Under the pieces are notes generated by a model. It did not search any database. It had not been told where the DNA came from and worked only from the letters and a program-made list of their open reading frames with translations. The position numbers and the translations under genes are program-made. From a virus (taxonomy: Duplodnaviria; Caudoviricetes): a stretch of 64,000 nucleotides of DNA. Shown here in pieces: positions 48,055 through 56,504 of this stretch. The DNA lies in the IMG/VR virus record IMGVR_UViG_3300006805_000023; one strand, written 5' to 3'. How positions within the stretch are numbered: position 1 is the first letter of the stretch; every line of letters starts with the position of its first letter.

Positions 48055-49542
48055 ATGAGCGATCTTACCAGTTTCACCCTCTTCAACACCCTGCAGCAGG
48101 GACTCGGCATCACCTTCTATATCGACTGGGAGTTGCACACGTTCATGCTCGGCAGTCTGGAAACTTCAACGTTCCAGGCCAGCCTGCTCCACCCAGATAC
48201 TGAAGCCTTGATCGAGAAGGGGTACCTGAGAAACGTCAAACCGATCGCTGACCAGATCGCCCCGCCGCAGCCTAAGCTGTCTCCGCTGGTGTGGGGAGGC
48301 GACTGGAAGCCAGGAGTCTGGAAGCGCGGCACTATGGTGCGTCACAACGGCGTGCTGTGGATTGCCAATCAAGACAACAGCACGGTGCCGTCCGTCATGG
48401 ACCAAACATGGGCACCAAGCGCCGGAGCCGGTGATGCAGCTGCTCACGCGGCAAGAATGGACAACCCACACGCCGTCACGGCTGACCAGACCGGCTCCAT
48501 CCAGACCAAGTCCCGTGGCGTTCCGGGTGGCGTGGCCCCGCTCGATCAGGGCGGGAAGATCGCCGCGTCTTTGCTCCCCGACCTGCTGCAGATCGCAGCC
48601 ATCCTGGAGACCTACCAACTCAGGCACCAACACAACACAGACAAGGGGCTCGATCTCGGCGGTGCCTACGAGGTGCTGGCGTCGGAGATCAAGCAACACC
48701 TTAACGACCGGACCACCAACCCGCACGCCGTCACACTATTGCAGCTCGGAGGCGTGGCAAGCACCCTCCTCGGAACTCCTGGCGGTGTGGCTACCCTCAA
48801 CGGATCTGGAAAGCTCACCGCGTCGCAGTTCCCAACGATGCGTCTGACCGATGTGTTTCTGGTTGATAGCATCGCCCAGCGCGACGCCTTGGCCTCCTCG
48901 CTCGGAGTGGGTGACACCGTGGTTGTTAAGTCCCCATACGGTGTTTACTTGTGGAACGGGGCGTCCTTCTCGACCATGACTGCTGGCATCAACGTGGTGT
49001 CGGTTAATGGTCGCACCGGCGTGATGATTGAGCTCACCTCAGACGACATGCCTGAGGGTGGAGCCAACCTTTATTTCACGAACGACAGGGTCGCGGCCTC
49101 GCCAGTCGTGGCAGCGCTCACCGCCAAAGCTCATGATCGCAACAAGGATTCGTTTCTTGATTATGGAGGCCCTACCCAAGTGTCGTCGTCCTCCCTGTAC
49201 GACCACTTGCGTTCCCAAAGCAACCCGCACCACGTCACCGCTGATCAGGCCGGAGCCCTCCCTAAGGTGATCGGATTTCGCGAGCTGAATGGCGACTATC
49301 AGGTAAACAACACTGACCTAGGCATGTGTTTGCGGTTTGTGGCCGGAGCCACGATCACCTTCGCCGCCGATCTGCAGGTCGGATTCCAGGTTACCGTCGC
49401 GTCAGTTAATGGTGCCACGTTGACCCTGCAGGACGCTGGTCTTGTTTCACGTGGAACACGTTTGAACCAGACCATGGCTGCGGCCTTCGTGTACAAGCCC
49501 GAGGCTGGAATACTGGAGGCTGTTGGGGACTTCTCGGCGTGA
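48055..49542 (+). CDS. tail fibre-like protein
   Basis: Three H...NPH.VT..Q repeats, GVA.L...GK, VVSVNGRTG, CBM5/12-like W....MVRHNGVLW. Confidence 0.75.
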   Translation: MSDLTSFTLFNTLQQGLGITFYIDWELHTFMLGSLETSTFQASLLHPDTEALIEKGYLRNVKPIADQIAPPQPKLSPLVWGGDWKPGVWKRGTMVRHNGVLWIANQDNSTVPSVMDQTWAPSAGAGDAAAHAARMDNPHAVTADQTGSIQTKSRGVPGGVAPLDQGGKIAASLLPDLLQIAAILETYQLRHQHNTDKGLDLGGAYEVLASEIKQHLNDRTTNPHAVTLLQLGGVASTLLGTPGGVATLNGSGKLTASQFPTMRLTDVFLVDSIAQRDALASSLGVGDTVVVKSPYGVYLWNGASFSTMTAGINVVSVNGRTGVMIELTSDDMPEGGANLYFTNDRVAASPVVAALTAKAHDRNKDSFLDYGGPTQVSSSSLYDHLRSQSNPHHVTADQAGALPKVIGFRELNGDYQVNNTDLGMCLRFVAGATITFAADLQVGFQVTVASVNGATLTLQDAGLVSRGTRLNQTMAAAFVYKPEAGILEAVGDFSA

Positions 49543-49558
49543 TTTCTTGGTGGTTCCT

Positions 49559-49960
49559 ATGGAAATCTCCGCCTCAAACCGCCTCATCCAGCCACCCGAC
49601 ATCATCATCCCAGTCGGCAACGGCATCATCGTTAAAGACACTCAGCTGTTCTGCATCGGGAACACCTCAGCTGGTGGTATCGAAATCCCGGACGCCGCTG
49701 GCGACAAGAAATACGGCATCGGCGAAGTCGTCGCGGTCGGTCCTCGTTGCGTCGAAGTCCAGGAAGGTGATTGTGTCGTGTTCCAGATCGCCTCTGGTGC
49801 TGGCATGGACCCAATCCCGAACGGCACCAGCTACCCGACCCGCTTCAAGCTGGTCGAGACCAGCCTCTGCATCGTGTGCCGCATCCCGAAGACCAAGGTC
49901 GATGCTGAAAAGGCCAAGAAGGCCGCTGAAGCCGAAGCAGCTGCAACCGCAGCCAAGTAA
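49559..49960 (+). CDS. GroES-like co-chaperonin 1
   Basis: IIVK...TSAGGIEIPD......GEVVAVGP....VQEGDCVVF. Confidence 0.8.
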   Translation: MEISASNRLIQPPDIIIPVGNGIIVKDTQLFCIGNTSAGGIEIPDAAGDKKYGIGEVVAVGPRCVEVQEGDCVVFQIASGAGMDPIPNGTSYPTRFKLVETSLCIVCRIPKTKVDAEKAKKAAEAEAAATAAK

Positions 49961-49987
49961 GGCACGCAACACGACCACCTCTCCCAC

Positions 49988-50464
49988 ATGAAGAAAATCC
50001 GCCCTCCACGTCGCTACCCAGTCATCACTGAACTTAACGGGGTCGCACCGACTCCCGACACGATTCTGGTGGCCGACACGGACAAGTTTTGCCTTGATCT
50101 GGGGGAGGAGGGTATCATGCTGCCAAACGCCCTGCGCACCGACTACGACCGCACCTTTGACATCGGTGTTGTCACTTCGGTTGGTTCAGGCATCGACGAC
50201 CTCAAACCGGGCGACGTCATCACATACCGAACATACGCAGCTTACCGGCTCCCCAACGGCCTGTTCCCGCCGTTCATGTTCAAGATCGACTACTACGCGG
50301 TGATCTGCAAGCTCGGCGAAGATCCTGATTACCTCGCCGAGGCACTCGCTGTCGAAAAACAAGAACTTGAGGCTCCTCCCGATGCCAAAAAAGAACCAGA
50401 GTCCCTCCTCATCCTCCCAGGTCAGGAAGGGTACCACCGCCCCACCGGCAAGATCGTCATCTGA
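49988..50464 (+). CDS. GroES-like co-chaperonin 2
   Basis: P.PD.ILV...EEGIMLP...GVVTSVG.....LKPGDVI.Y. Confidence 0.7.
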   Translation: MKKIRPPRRYPVITELNGVAPTPDTILVADTDKFCLDLGEEGIMLPNALRTDYDRTFDIGVVTSVGSGIDDLKPGDVITYRTYAAYRLPNGLFPPFMFKIDYYAVICKLGEDPDYLAEALAVEKQELEAPPDAKKEPESLLILPGQEGYHRPTGKIVI

Positions 50465-50762
50465 TCCGGATCTGACCAAACGCTGGTTGCAGCTTGCTTG
50501 GCGCGACGGAGCATTCCTGAGGCTTGAGCTTCAACAGCAGCTTCTCCTGATGCTGGAGATCGACGGCCCGTCACACAACGTGACGGTGCGCAATCAAGCC
50601 CTGCAGCTCGCGTGGGACAATGGCGTGTTCCTGAAACGTGAGTTCGTTCTTCAACGAGGAGTCCTTGAATACCTCGTAAGGGCAGAACTTGACAAACGTC
50701 AGGAACCTGCTATGTTGGACGCGCCTCAAGAGAACACTAAGCACAGGAAACCAAGTAAATAG
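50382..50762 (+). CDS. hypothetical protein with internal duplication, start uncertain
   Basis: LQLAWRDGAFL and LQLAWDNGVFL repeats; the nearest upstream ATG overlaps GroES-2. Confidence 0.35.
   Translation: MPKKNQSPSSSSQVRKGTTAPPARSSSDPDLTKRWLQLAWRDGAFLRLELQQQLLLMLEIDGPSHNVTVRNQALQLAWDNGVFLKREFVLQRGVLEYLVRAELDKRQEPAMLDAPQENTKHRKPSK
50689..50716 (+). promoter_or_regulatory. sigma70-like promoter TTGACA-N16-TATGTT with extended TG
   Basis: Upstream of the AAA ATPase gene. Confidence 0.6.
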
Positions 50763-50779
50763 CTATTTAGCCACCCCGA

Positions 50780-52627
50780 ATGAACATCACAATCGACTCC
50801 AACCTTCTCAAAGAGCTTGAAAAAGCTGGGATCAAGCACCCGCTGGTGCGGCCAGACACTGACCGTTATTCGAGCGCCGCCACATTCTCCCTCTACTCTG
50901 TGTCCCCCACTTTCCGGGAGAAGCTGCAGAAGCATCTGGCGCGCAACGCGGAAAGCTCTCGTGAGCACAACAAGCTGCTCCAGAAGATCTCCCAGTTTGA
51001 GAAGGTCTGCAAGAGCCCTCGCACCTTCAAGGCCAAGCGCCTGGACGCTCTAGAGGCAGCGCTGACCGGAATCATCATGGAATCTGGCAAGAACCGTTTC
51101 TTGTGGGACCGTGACAACGGCCTCCCGTGGCTGGTGACCGGAGTCAACTACAAGCCATGCGAACGTGACTGCCCAGCTACTGTCACCGTCAGCATGGTAG
51201 CGACCCGTTGCGGTGAAAACGCCAGCCGGTCCATCGTTTACCACCAGTCCGACATCACGGACGTGCCTGATGCGATCGTCCCAAACAAGAAGACCGCCTT
51301 GGAAATCCTCGATGAGGACGAGGACGAGGAAGGCGACATCACGCTGGTCGGCGTGCCGATCCCACAGAGCGTCCATGGCATGCTCTACGCCAAGGGTTTC
51401 ATCATGGAGACGCCGGAGCTGGTGGAGGCCTATGAAGAGCGCATGGCGCGCTGGCGTGTGGTTTACAAGGCCTCCTATGAACAGTTCCTGTTCAAGACCG
51501 AGGACTTCAGCAGCGACACCCTGGACGTCGATGACGACCGTTGGGACTGGGACTGGAAGAAGAAACAGAAGGGCATCAGCCAGGGCGTGTTCCGGGTTGT
51601 CAACGACGTACCATTCTTCAAGTCCAGGAACAAGGCCATCGTCGAGTATAAGGCCATCCCATCGCTGGCTCGCACGGTGGATGAAACGTCCACCGAAGAG
51701 TTTGATTTGGACGAGGTCGCCAATTTCCGGATTCCAGTCCACCCCTACGTTTACGTGTTCAATCTGGAGACCCACAAGCACTCGTGGGTGCTGGCCGAGC
51801 AGATGTTCGAGTACAAGTACAACAAGCATCTGGTCGAGAAACTGATCTTACCAGAGCGCTTCAAGAAGTTGGTCAACATCCTCGCTACCAACACCGACAT
51901 TCTGAGCGCTGACATTGTGGCTGGCAAGTCCGCTGGCACGATCATCATGGCGACCGGCGAGCCCGGTCTGGGCAAATCTCTGACCGCTGAGGCCACCGCT
52001 GAGGCCAAGGGCTCCATCCTTTACAAGGTGCAGTCCGATCAGCTCGGCACTGAGCCAGAGAAGATGGAGGAGCACTTCAAAGTGATCTTCGCCCGTGCTG
52101 AGCGCTGGAAGGCAGTGCTGCTGATCGACGAGTGCGACATCTATGTTCATGAGCGTGGCACCGACATTCAGCAGAACGCCATCGTGGGGACCATCCTGCG
52201 CACCTTCGAGTATTTCAACGGCCTGATGTTCCTGACGACCAACCGCGACGTCATCATTGACGACGCCGTGATTTCACGCTGCGCTGCGGTGATCCGCTAC
52301 GAGTACCCGACGGACGAGGACGCCCACAAGCTGTTCAGCATCTTTGCCGATCTGTTCGAAATGGCGCTGCCTGACAACACTCTGGCAGAGTTCCGCAAGC
52401 AGCACCCACGGCTGTCTGGGCGCTCCATCAAAAACGTGCTGCGCCTCACGGCCCGTCGCGGCGTCAAGCTGGCCACCCTGGAGGATCTGCTGCTGTCCAA
52501 GGAGTTCGTGCCATCTGGAGGCCTCGGGCAAACGCAGATCCCGCTGACCAACACGGAACTGCTCGAATTGGTCATGCAGCGTCCAGGCCTGCTGGACCTC
52601 CTGCGCCAGTGCACCAAAACGAAATGA
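50780..52627 (+). CDS. AAA+ ATPase
   Basis: GEPGLGKS, LLIDECD, FLTTNR, D.AVISR. Confidence 0.9.
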   Translation: MNITIDSNLLKELEKAGIKHPLVRPDTDRYSSAATFSLYSVSPTFREKLQKHLARNAESSREHNKLLQKISQFEKVCKSPRTFKAKRLDALEAALTGIIMESGKNRFLWDRDNGLPWLVTGVNYKPCERDCPATVTVSMVATRCGENASRSIVYHQSDITDVPDAIVPNKKTALEILDEDEDEEGDITLVGVPIPQSVHGMLYAKGFIMETPELVEAYEERMARWRVVYKASYEQFLFKTEDFSSDTLDVDDDRWDWDWKKKQKGISQGVFRVVNDVPFFKSRNKAIVEYKAIPSLARTVDETSTEEFDLDEVANFRIPVHPYVYVFNLETHKHSWVLAEQMFEYKYNKHLVEKLILPERFKKLVNILATNTDILSADIVAGKSAGTIIMATGEPGLGKSLTAEATAEAKGSILYKVQSDQLGTEPEKMEEHFKVIFARAERWKAVLLIDECDIYVHERGTDIQQNAIVGTILRTFEYFNGLMFLTTNRDVIIDDAVISRCAAVIRYEYPTDEDAHKLFSIFADLFEMALPDNTLAEFRKQHPRLSGRSIKNVLRLTARRGVKLATLEDLLLSKEFVPSGGLGQTQIPLTNTELLELVMQRPGLLDLLRQCTKTK

Positions 52628-53397
52628 ACCCACACTTCTGCGCCGATACTCATCTGGGTCACGCCAACGTGATCAAGCATGATCCGCGCCCATTCGAGAA
52701 CATCCAGCACCACGACCGCGTGGTGCTGGACTCGTTTCGGGCTCTGCCGACTGGCAATGAGCTGTGGGTGCTCGGTGACGTCGCCTTTACAAAGCAGGCT
52801 ATGGAGGACTTCTTCGCAGCCACGTCGCACCTGCAGGTATTCCTGATCCGTGGCAACCACGACGATGCCCTCGCCTGGAAGCAACGAGCCAAGTTTCACG
52901 CAGCCTACGAGTCCCACTATGTTAAGCGCCAGCTCGGCGAGGAGACGATCAAGTTGTATCTGTCCCATTACTCTCACCGTACATGGCGCAACTCCTGCCA
53001 CGGCTCCTACCACCTGTTTGGGCATTCCCACGGGGCGTTGGAGTCGGTCGGGCGCTCGATGGACGTCGGGATCAACTGCCTCAACTACGCCCCGATCTCG
53101 CTACTCGCGGTGCACGAACGCCTTGCAACGATCGAGCCTGAAAGCCACCACGCCAAGCAGCGCGTCAGCCACCGCTTCGTCTCCCGGATGGAGAAGGAGC
53201 TGCTCGCCAACGAAGAGCGCAAGGGCGACTGGAAGGCCTGGGAACCCAACCCAGGTGAGGCCCTGGGTGAGCTGTCCGACCACGTCGGCAAGCTCAAGGC
53301 GGCGGTCGCCGAGGGCGACAAGGCCCGCGTCTCCGAGTTTACCGCCGACGTTGCCAATCTCTCGATGATGATCGACGCCCAAAGCGGGCTCCCTTGA
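52624..53397 (+). CDS. calcineurin-like metallophosphoesterase with C-terminal MazG-like helical domain
   Basis: DTHLGH, LGD, GNHD, GHSH; C-terminal M...L.AN..KG.W...E....ADVANLSMMI. Confidence 0.8.
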   Translation: MNPHFCADTHLGHANVIKHDPRPFENIQHHDRVVLDSFRALPTGNELWVLGDVAFTKQAMEDFFAATSHLQVFLIRGNHDDALAWKQRAKFHAAYESHYVKRQLGEETIKLYLSHYSHRTWRNSCHGSYHLFGHSHGALESVGRSMDVGINCLNYAPISLLAVHERLATIEPESHHAKQRVSHRFVSRMEKELLANEERKGDWKAWEPNPGEALGELSDHVGKLKAAVAEGDKARVSEFTADVANLSMMIDAQSGLP

Positions 53398-53419
53398 CAC
53401 TCCAAGCACCCACACGCCC

Positions 53420-54100
53420 ATGAGCACCACCACGACTCCAACGCCCCACGGGGCAATCATAGCAATCGAAGGCCTGGAGGGTGTTGGGAAATCCACTCAA
53501 GTCGTCTTGCTGGCTGATGCCTTGATGCGCCTCGGCTACGACGTCAAGACGCCACGGGAGCCAGGCGGGACGGGTTTTGGCGAGGAGGTGCGTCGCATTC
53601 TGAAGAATGGGGAGTACAAGCCGGTGCCGAAGGCCGAGCTGCTCATGTTCGAGGCCAGCCGTGCTCAGTTGATCGAGTCCATGCAGGACCATTTGGAAAA
53701 GGGTGGCATCCTGATCATGGACCGGTTCATCTGGTCCACCCTAGCCTACCAAGGAGCTGGCCGTGGCCTCGATTCTGTGGATATCAGGTTCCTCAATTCC
53801 TTCGCGACGTCCGGCGTGCATCCTGACTTGGTGGTGGTGCTCGACCTCACGGTTGCGGAATCGCGTGGCCGGTTGTTCAAGCGGAACGACATCACGGACA
53901 ACTTCGAGTCCCTTGCAGATCCGTTCTTCGAGCGTGCCAGAAACTGCTTCATCGAACTGTGCGCCGAGCACTCCGGGCGCTCCATCTTGCTCGACGCCAG
54001 GCAAGAGGTGCCGGTCATCCACACGCGTATTCTGGAAAAGACAGTGTCGATGCTATCGGCCAAAGGAGTCGTCCCGTCCTCTTCCTCCTGCCAGGCCTGA
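53420..54100 (+). CDS. tmk: thymidylate kinase
   Basis: IEGLEGVGKSTQ, REPGG, DRF..ST.AYQG.GRG, PDL...LD. Confidence 0.93.
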   Translation: MSTTTTPTPHGAIIAIEGLEGVGKSTQVVLLADALMRLGYDVKTPREPGGTGFGEEVRRILKNGEYKPVPKAELLMFEASRAQLIESMQDHLEKGGILIMDRFIWSTLAYQGAGRGLDSVDIRFLNSFATSGVHPDLVVVLDLTVAESRGRLFKRNDITDNFESLADPFFERARNCFIELCAEHSGRSILLDARQEVPVIHTRILEKTVSMLSAKGVVPSSSSCQA

Positions 54101-55057
54101 TCACCCGACTGGCGTAACTGCCTGCTTGTTGTAGAGGATCATATGCCTCACACCGCTCTGAAGCGGATCTGTCACGTAAGCGTCGTAAAACTTCGCCATG
54201 TTGGCAACGAACGCGTCTGGACTGCTCTTGTAAAAGTCAGCTGATACGCTCTGGACAGCTTCAGCCATCCCCTGCCTGAACACCACGTCGATGAACGCTT
54301 TTAGGCCGCGCTTGACGTTGCCCTCGCCGTCAGCGTCCCAGTCCCACATCGTCTCTCCGACGTCAGGGGCAGCCATGACGAGAGCGCTCGTGATCCGTGC
54401 GCTAAATCTGGTCTTGTCGGAAAGAACTCGGGCACCTGGGTTGAGCCTGAACTGGTTGAGCTTGCCGTAGTAAGAGGCGTCCTCACGGTTGCTCGTCAGA
54501 TACCACCCAGGACCACGTTGATGATAGGCCTGCGACTGCCCGTCTGTGTCGGTGTTGCCAAACACTCCAGGAACATCGGTGCCACGGTACCACGGGATGC
54601 TGCTTGGGTCGAAGGCCTCAGTCAGCAAGGACTCCGCGAGAATGTCGGCCCGTTTGACCGGCGTGATCTGGACGTCGTCGGCCTCGAACACCACGCCTGG
54701 AATCTTGGTCCAGGAATAGCCGCTGCCGCGTTCGTACACGTGCGGAGGGATGTCAACCTCGAAGGCCTCACGATCGTCGTAGGCGTACAGGTAAGCGTGG
54801 TCGTCTCCGTCCTGCCCTCCCTCGGTGGTGTCGATCCCAGCGTGGGCTAGGATGCTGGCGATTTCAGACGCGATCTCGTCGCAGGCCCCGCCACCGCCGA
54901 ACTCCTCGTCCATCCCGTCTTCGTCTTGGTTCCAGGCGTCGTATACCGCTTGGGCCGCCTTCGCCATCGCCGGTGTCAGTTGTCTGATCCGGTCGTGCAA
55001 ACTAGACTGCTGGGCTCCTTGGTGGATTTCGAGCAGGGTGCGGCGAATGCTTGTCAT
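54101..55057 (-). CDS. transglutaminase-like plus ADP-ribosyltransferase-like protein
   Basis: GACDEIA...HAYL...EVD; WYRGT...G.GWYLTS....A..YG; TAGATAT 12 nt upstream of ATG 55057. Confidence 0.6.
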   Translation of the reverse strand: MTSIRRTLLEIHQGAQQSSLHDRIRQLTPAMAKAAQAVYDAWNQDEDGMDEEFGGGGACDEIASEIASILAHAGIDTTEGGQDGDDHAYLYAYDDREAFEVDIPPHVYERGSGYSWTKIPGVVFEADDVQITPVKRADILAESLLTEAFDPSSIPWYRGTDVPGVFGNTDTDGQSQAYHQRGPGWYLTSNREDASYYGKLNQFRLNPGARVLSDKTRFSARITSALVMAAPDVGETMWDWDADGEGNVKRGLKAFIDVVFRQGMAEAVQSVSADFYKSSPDAFVANMAKFYDAYVTDPLQSGVRHMILYNKQAVTPVG

Positions 55058-55079
55058 AAGGGATTTCTGATATCTAGCC

Positions 55080-56396
55080 TTGAAGTGCTCATCCTGCAAC
55101 TCCCCGTCTAAGTCGCACAAGTCTGGCAAGTGCTCCGACTGTCGCCGTGATGGTTTCAAGGAAAGGTCACTGGCGATCTGGGACGACGCGGACGCCAAGG
55201 CTGCATGGGCAAAGTCGTGTACCTTCAAGCCGCGCTCAGCGCTGAACCAGCAGGTCGAGACTCTTCTAACCCGGCTCAATATTCACTACATCACCGAACA
55301 CGTCATCGGGCCATGGTCATTCGACGTGTTTATCCCGCACTGTGGCCTCCTGATCGAGTGCCAGGGCGAGTATTGGCACACGGTGTCCCGCAAGGAGCGC
55401 GCCGACCGGGCCAAGGCCACTTACGTGGAGTCGTACACCAAGCTGCGACTCCTGGAGGTGTGGGAGGTCGAGTTTTACAAGCAGGGGAGGCTGGAGTACC
55501 TGGTCAAGCGCGCCCTCGGACTCCTGGAAGTGCCTCCGCAGAGCAGCGTTGACTTCACGAAGCTCGACTGCCGGGTGGTTGATCGCCGCGACGCCAGCCA
55601 GCTTTACGGATCATCCCATTACCTTGGATCGTGCCGTGGCCGCTGGCACTTTGGTCTTTATCTGGGCGACCTTTTGATTGGCGCTTGTTCGTTCGGTCAG
55701 TTTCAGCGTAACGAGCAGACCCTCAAATACGAAGGAGCGTCGGAGCTTACCCGGTTCTGCATCGATTCGGCTTATCAAGTCAAGAACCTGGGGTCGTGGT
55801 TCCTATCACGCTCCCTCAAGCTCATCGGGGGTACCGTCGTAACCTATGCGGACCGCACCCAGGGGCATGACGGAGCGCTGTACAAAGCCACTAACTTCAC
55901 ATTCAGTCACGAGGTACCAAGCGATTACCACTACGTCGATCCGGGTGGTTGGGTGTTGCATAAAAAGACTGTCTGGAACCGGTCGGTGTCCATGAAGATG
56001 ACCGAGGCCGAGTATGCAGCTAAGCATGAGTTGTCGAAGAAATGGGGAGCTGCCAAGCTGTGCTTCATCTTCACGGGGACGCCTGCCCGGACGCACAAGA
56101 ACAAACCGCCAGTGCTGCAGCCGCGCAAGGTAGTCAGCGAGGTTGTCGGGAAGGTGGCTCAGCCCGTCCTTGATGTTGCCTTGATTCAGCAACTCAAGCT
56201 CGGCGGGACCTCTGCGGGAGCCCTGGCAACTCAGTTTAGCGTGTCCAGGGCTATGATCTTCCACACTGTGAAGCTTAGGCTCGTTGACTGTCACGAACAC
56301 GGTAAGCTCTGGTCCAAGAAGGACTCCTGCCCGAAATGCCGTGCTGTCCAGGGCTCTAAGGCTGGTGGTAAATGGGTCAAGGACGCGATGTCTTGA
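55080..56396 (+). CDS. zinc finger / Vsr-like endonuclease / Mom-like GNAT / HTH fusion
   Basis: CxxC..CxxC; FDVFIP...IECQGEYWH...DRAK; SHYLG...ELTRF...NLGSWFLSRSL...TYAD..QGH.G.LYKATNF; C-terminal HTH and CxxH/CxxC; TTG start. Confidence 0.75.
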   Translation: MKCSSCNSPSKSHKSGKCSDCRRDGFKERSLAIWDDADAKAAWAKSCTFKPRSALNQQVETLLTRLNIHYITEHVIGPWSFDVFIPHCGLLIECQGEYWHTVSRKERADRAKATYVESYTKLRLLEVWEVEFYKQGRLEYLVKRALGLLEVPPQSSVDFTKLDCRVVDRRDASQLYGSSHYLGSCRGRWHFGLYLGDLLIGACSFGQFQRNEQTLKYEGASELTRFCIDSAYQVKNLGSWFLSRSLKLIGGTVVTYADRTQGHDGALYKATNFTFSHEVPSDYHYVDPGGWVLHKKTVWNRSVSMKMTEAEYAAKHELSKKWGAAKLCFIFTGTPARTHKNKPPVLQPRKVVSEVVGKVAQPVLDVALIQQLKLGGTSAGALATQFSVSRAMIFHTVKLRLVDCHEHGKLWSKKDSCPKCRAVQGSKAGGKWVKDAMS

Positions 56397-56403
56397 TACA
56401 GAT

Positions 56404-56437
56404 GAGCCGGAGGTGCTCCCGAATTCACCTCCGGCTC
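56404..56437. terminator. hairpin between convergent capsid and Vsr-Mom genes
   Basis: GAGCCGGAGGTG / CACCTCCGGCTC 12-bp stem. Confidence 0.7.
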
Positions 56438-56504
56438 GCTGCTTATGGCCCTTGGGACCGATCCAACCTAGTTAAGTCGGTCCCATGGGAATGTGTTTCA
56501 CGGC

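Noticed and set aside
53394-53419. TTGACA upstream of tmk as a promoter
   Set aside because: It contains the previous gene's TGA stop and has no -10 element at 16-18 nt
55058-55279. Upstream extension of the ART-like ORF overlapping the Vsr-Mom gene
   Set aside because: ATG 55057 has the late motif 12 nt upstream and removes the overlap
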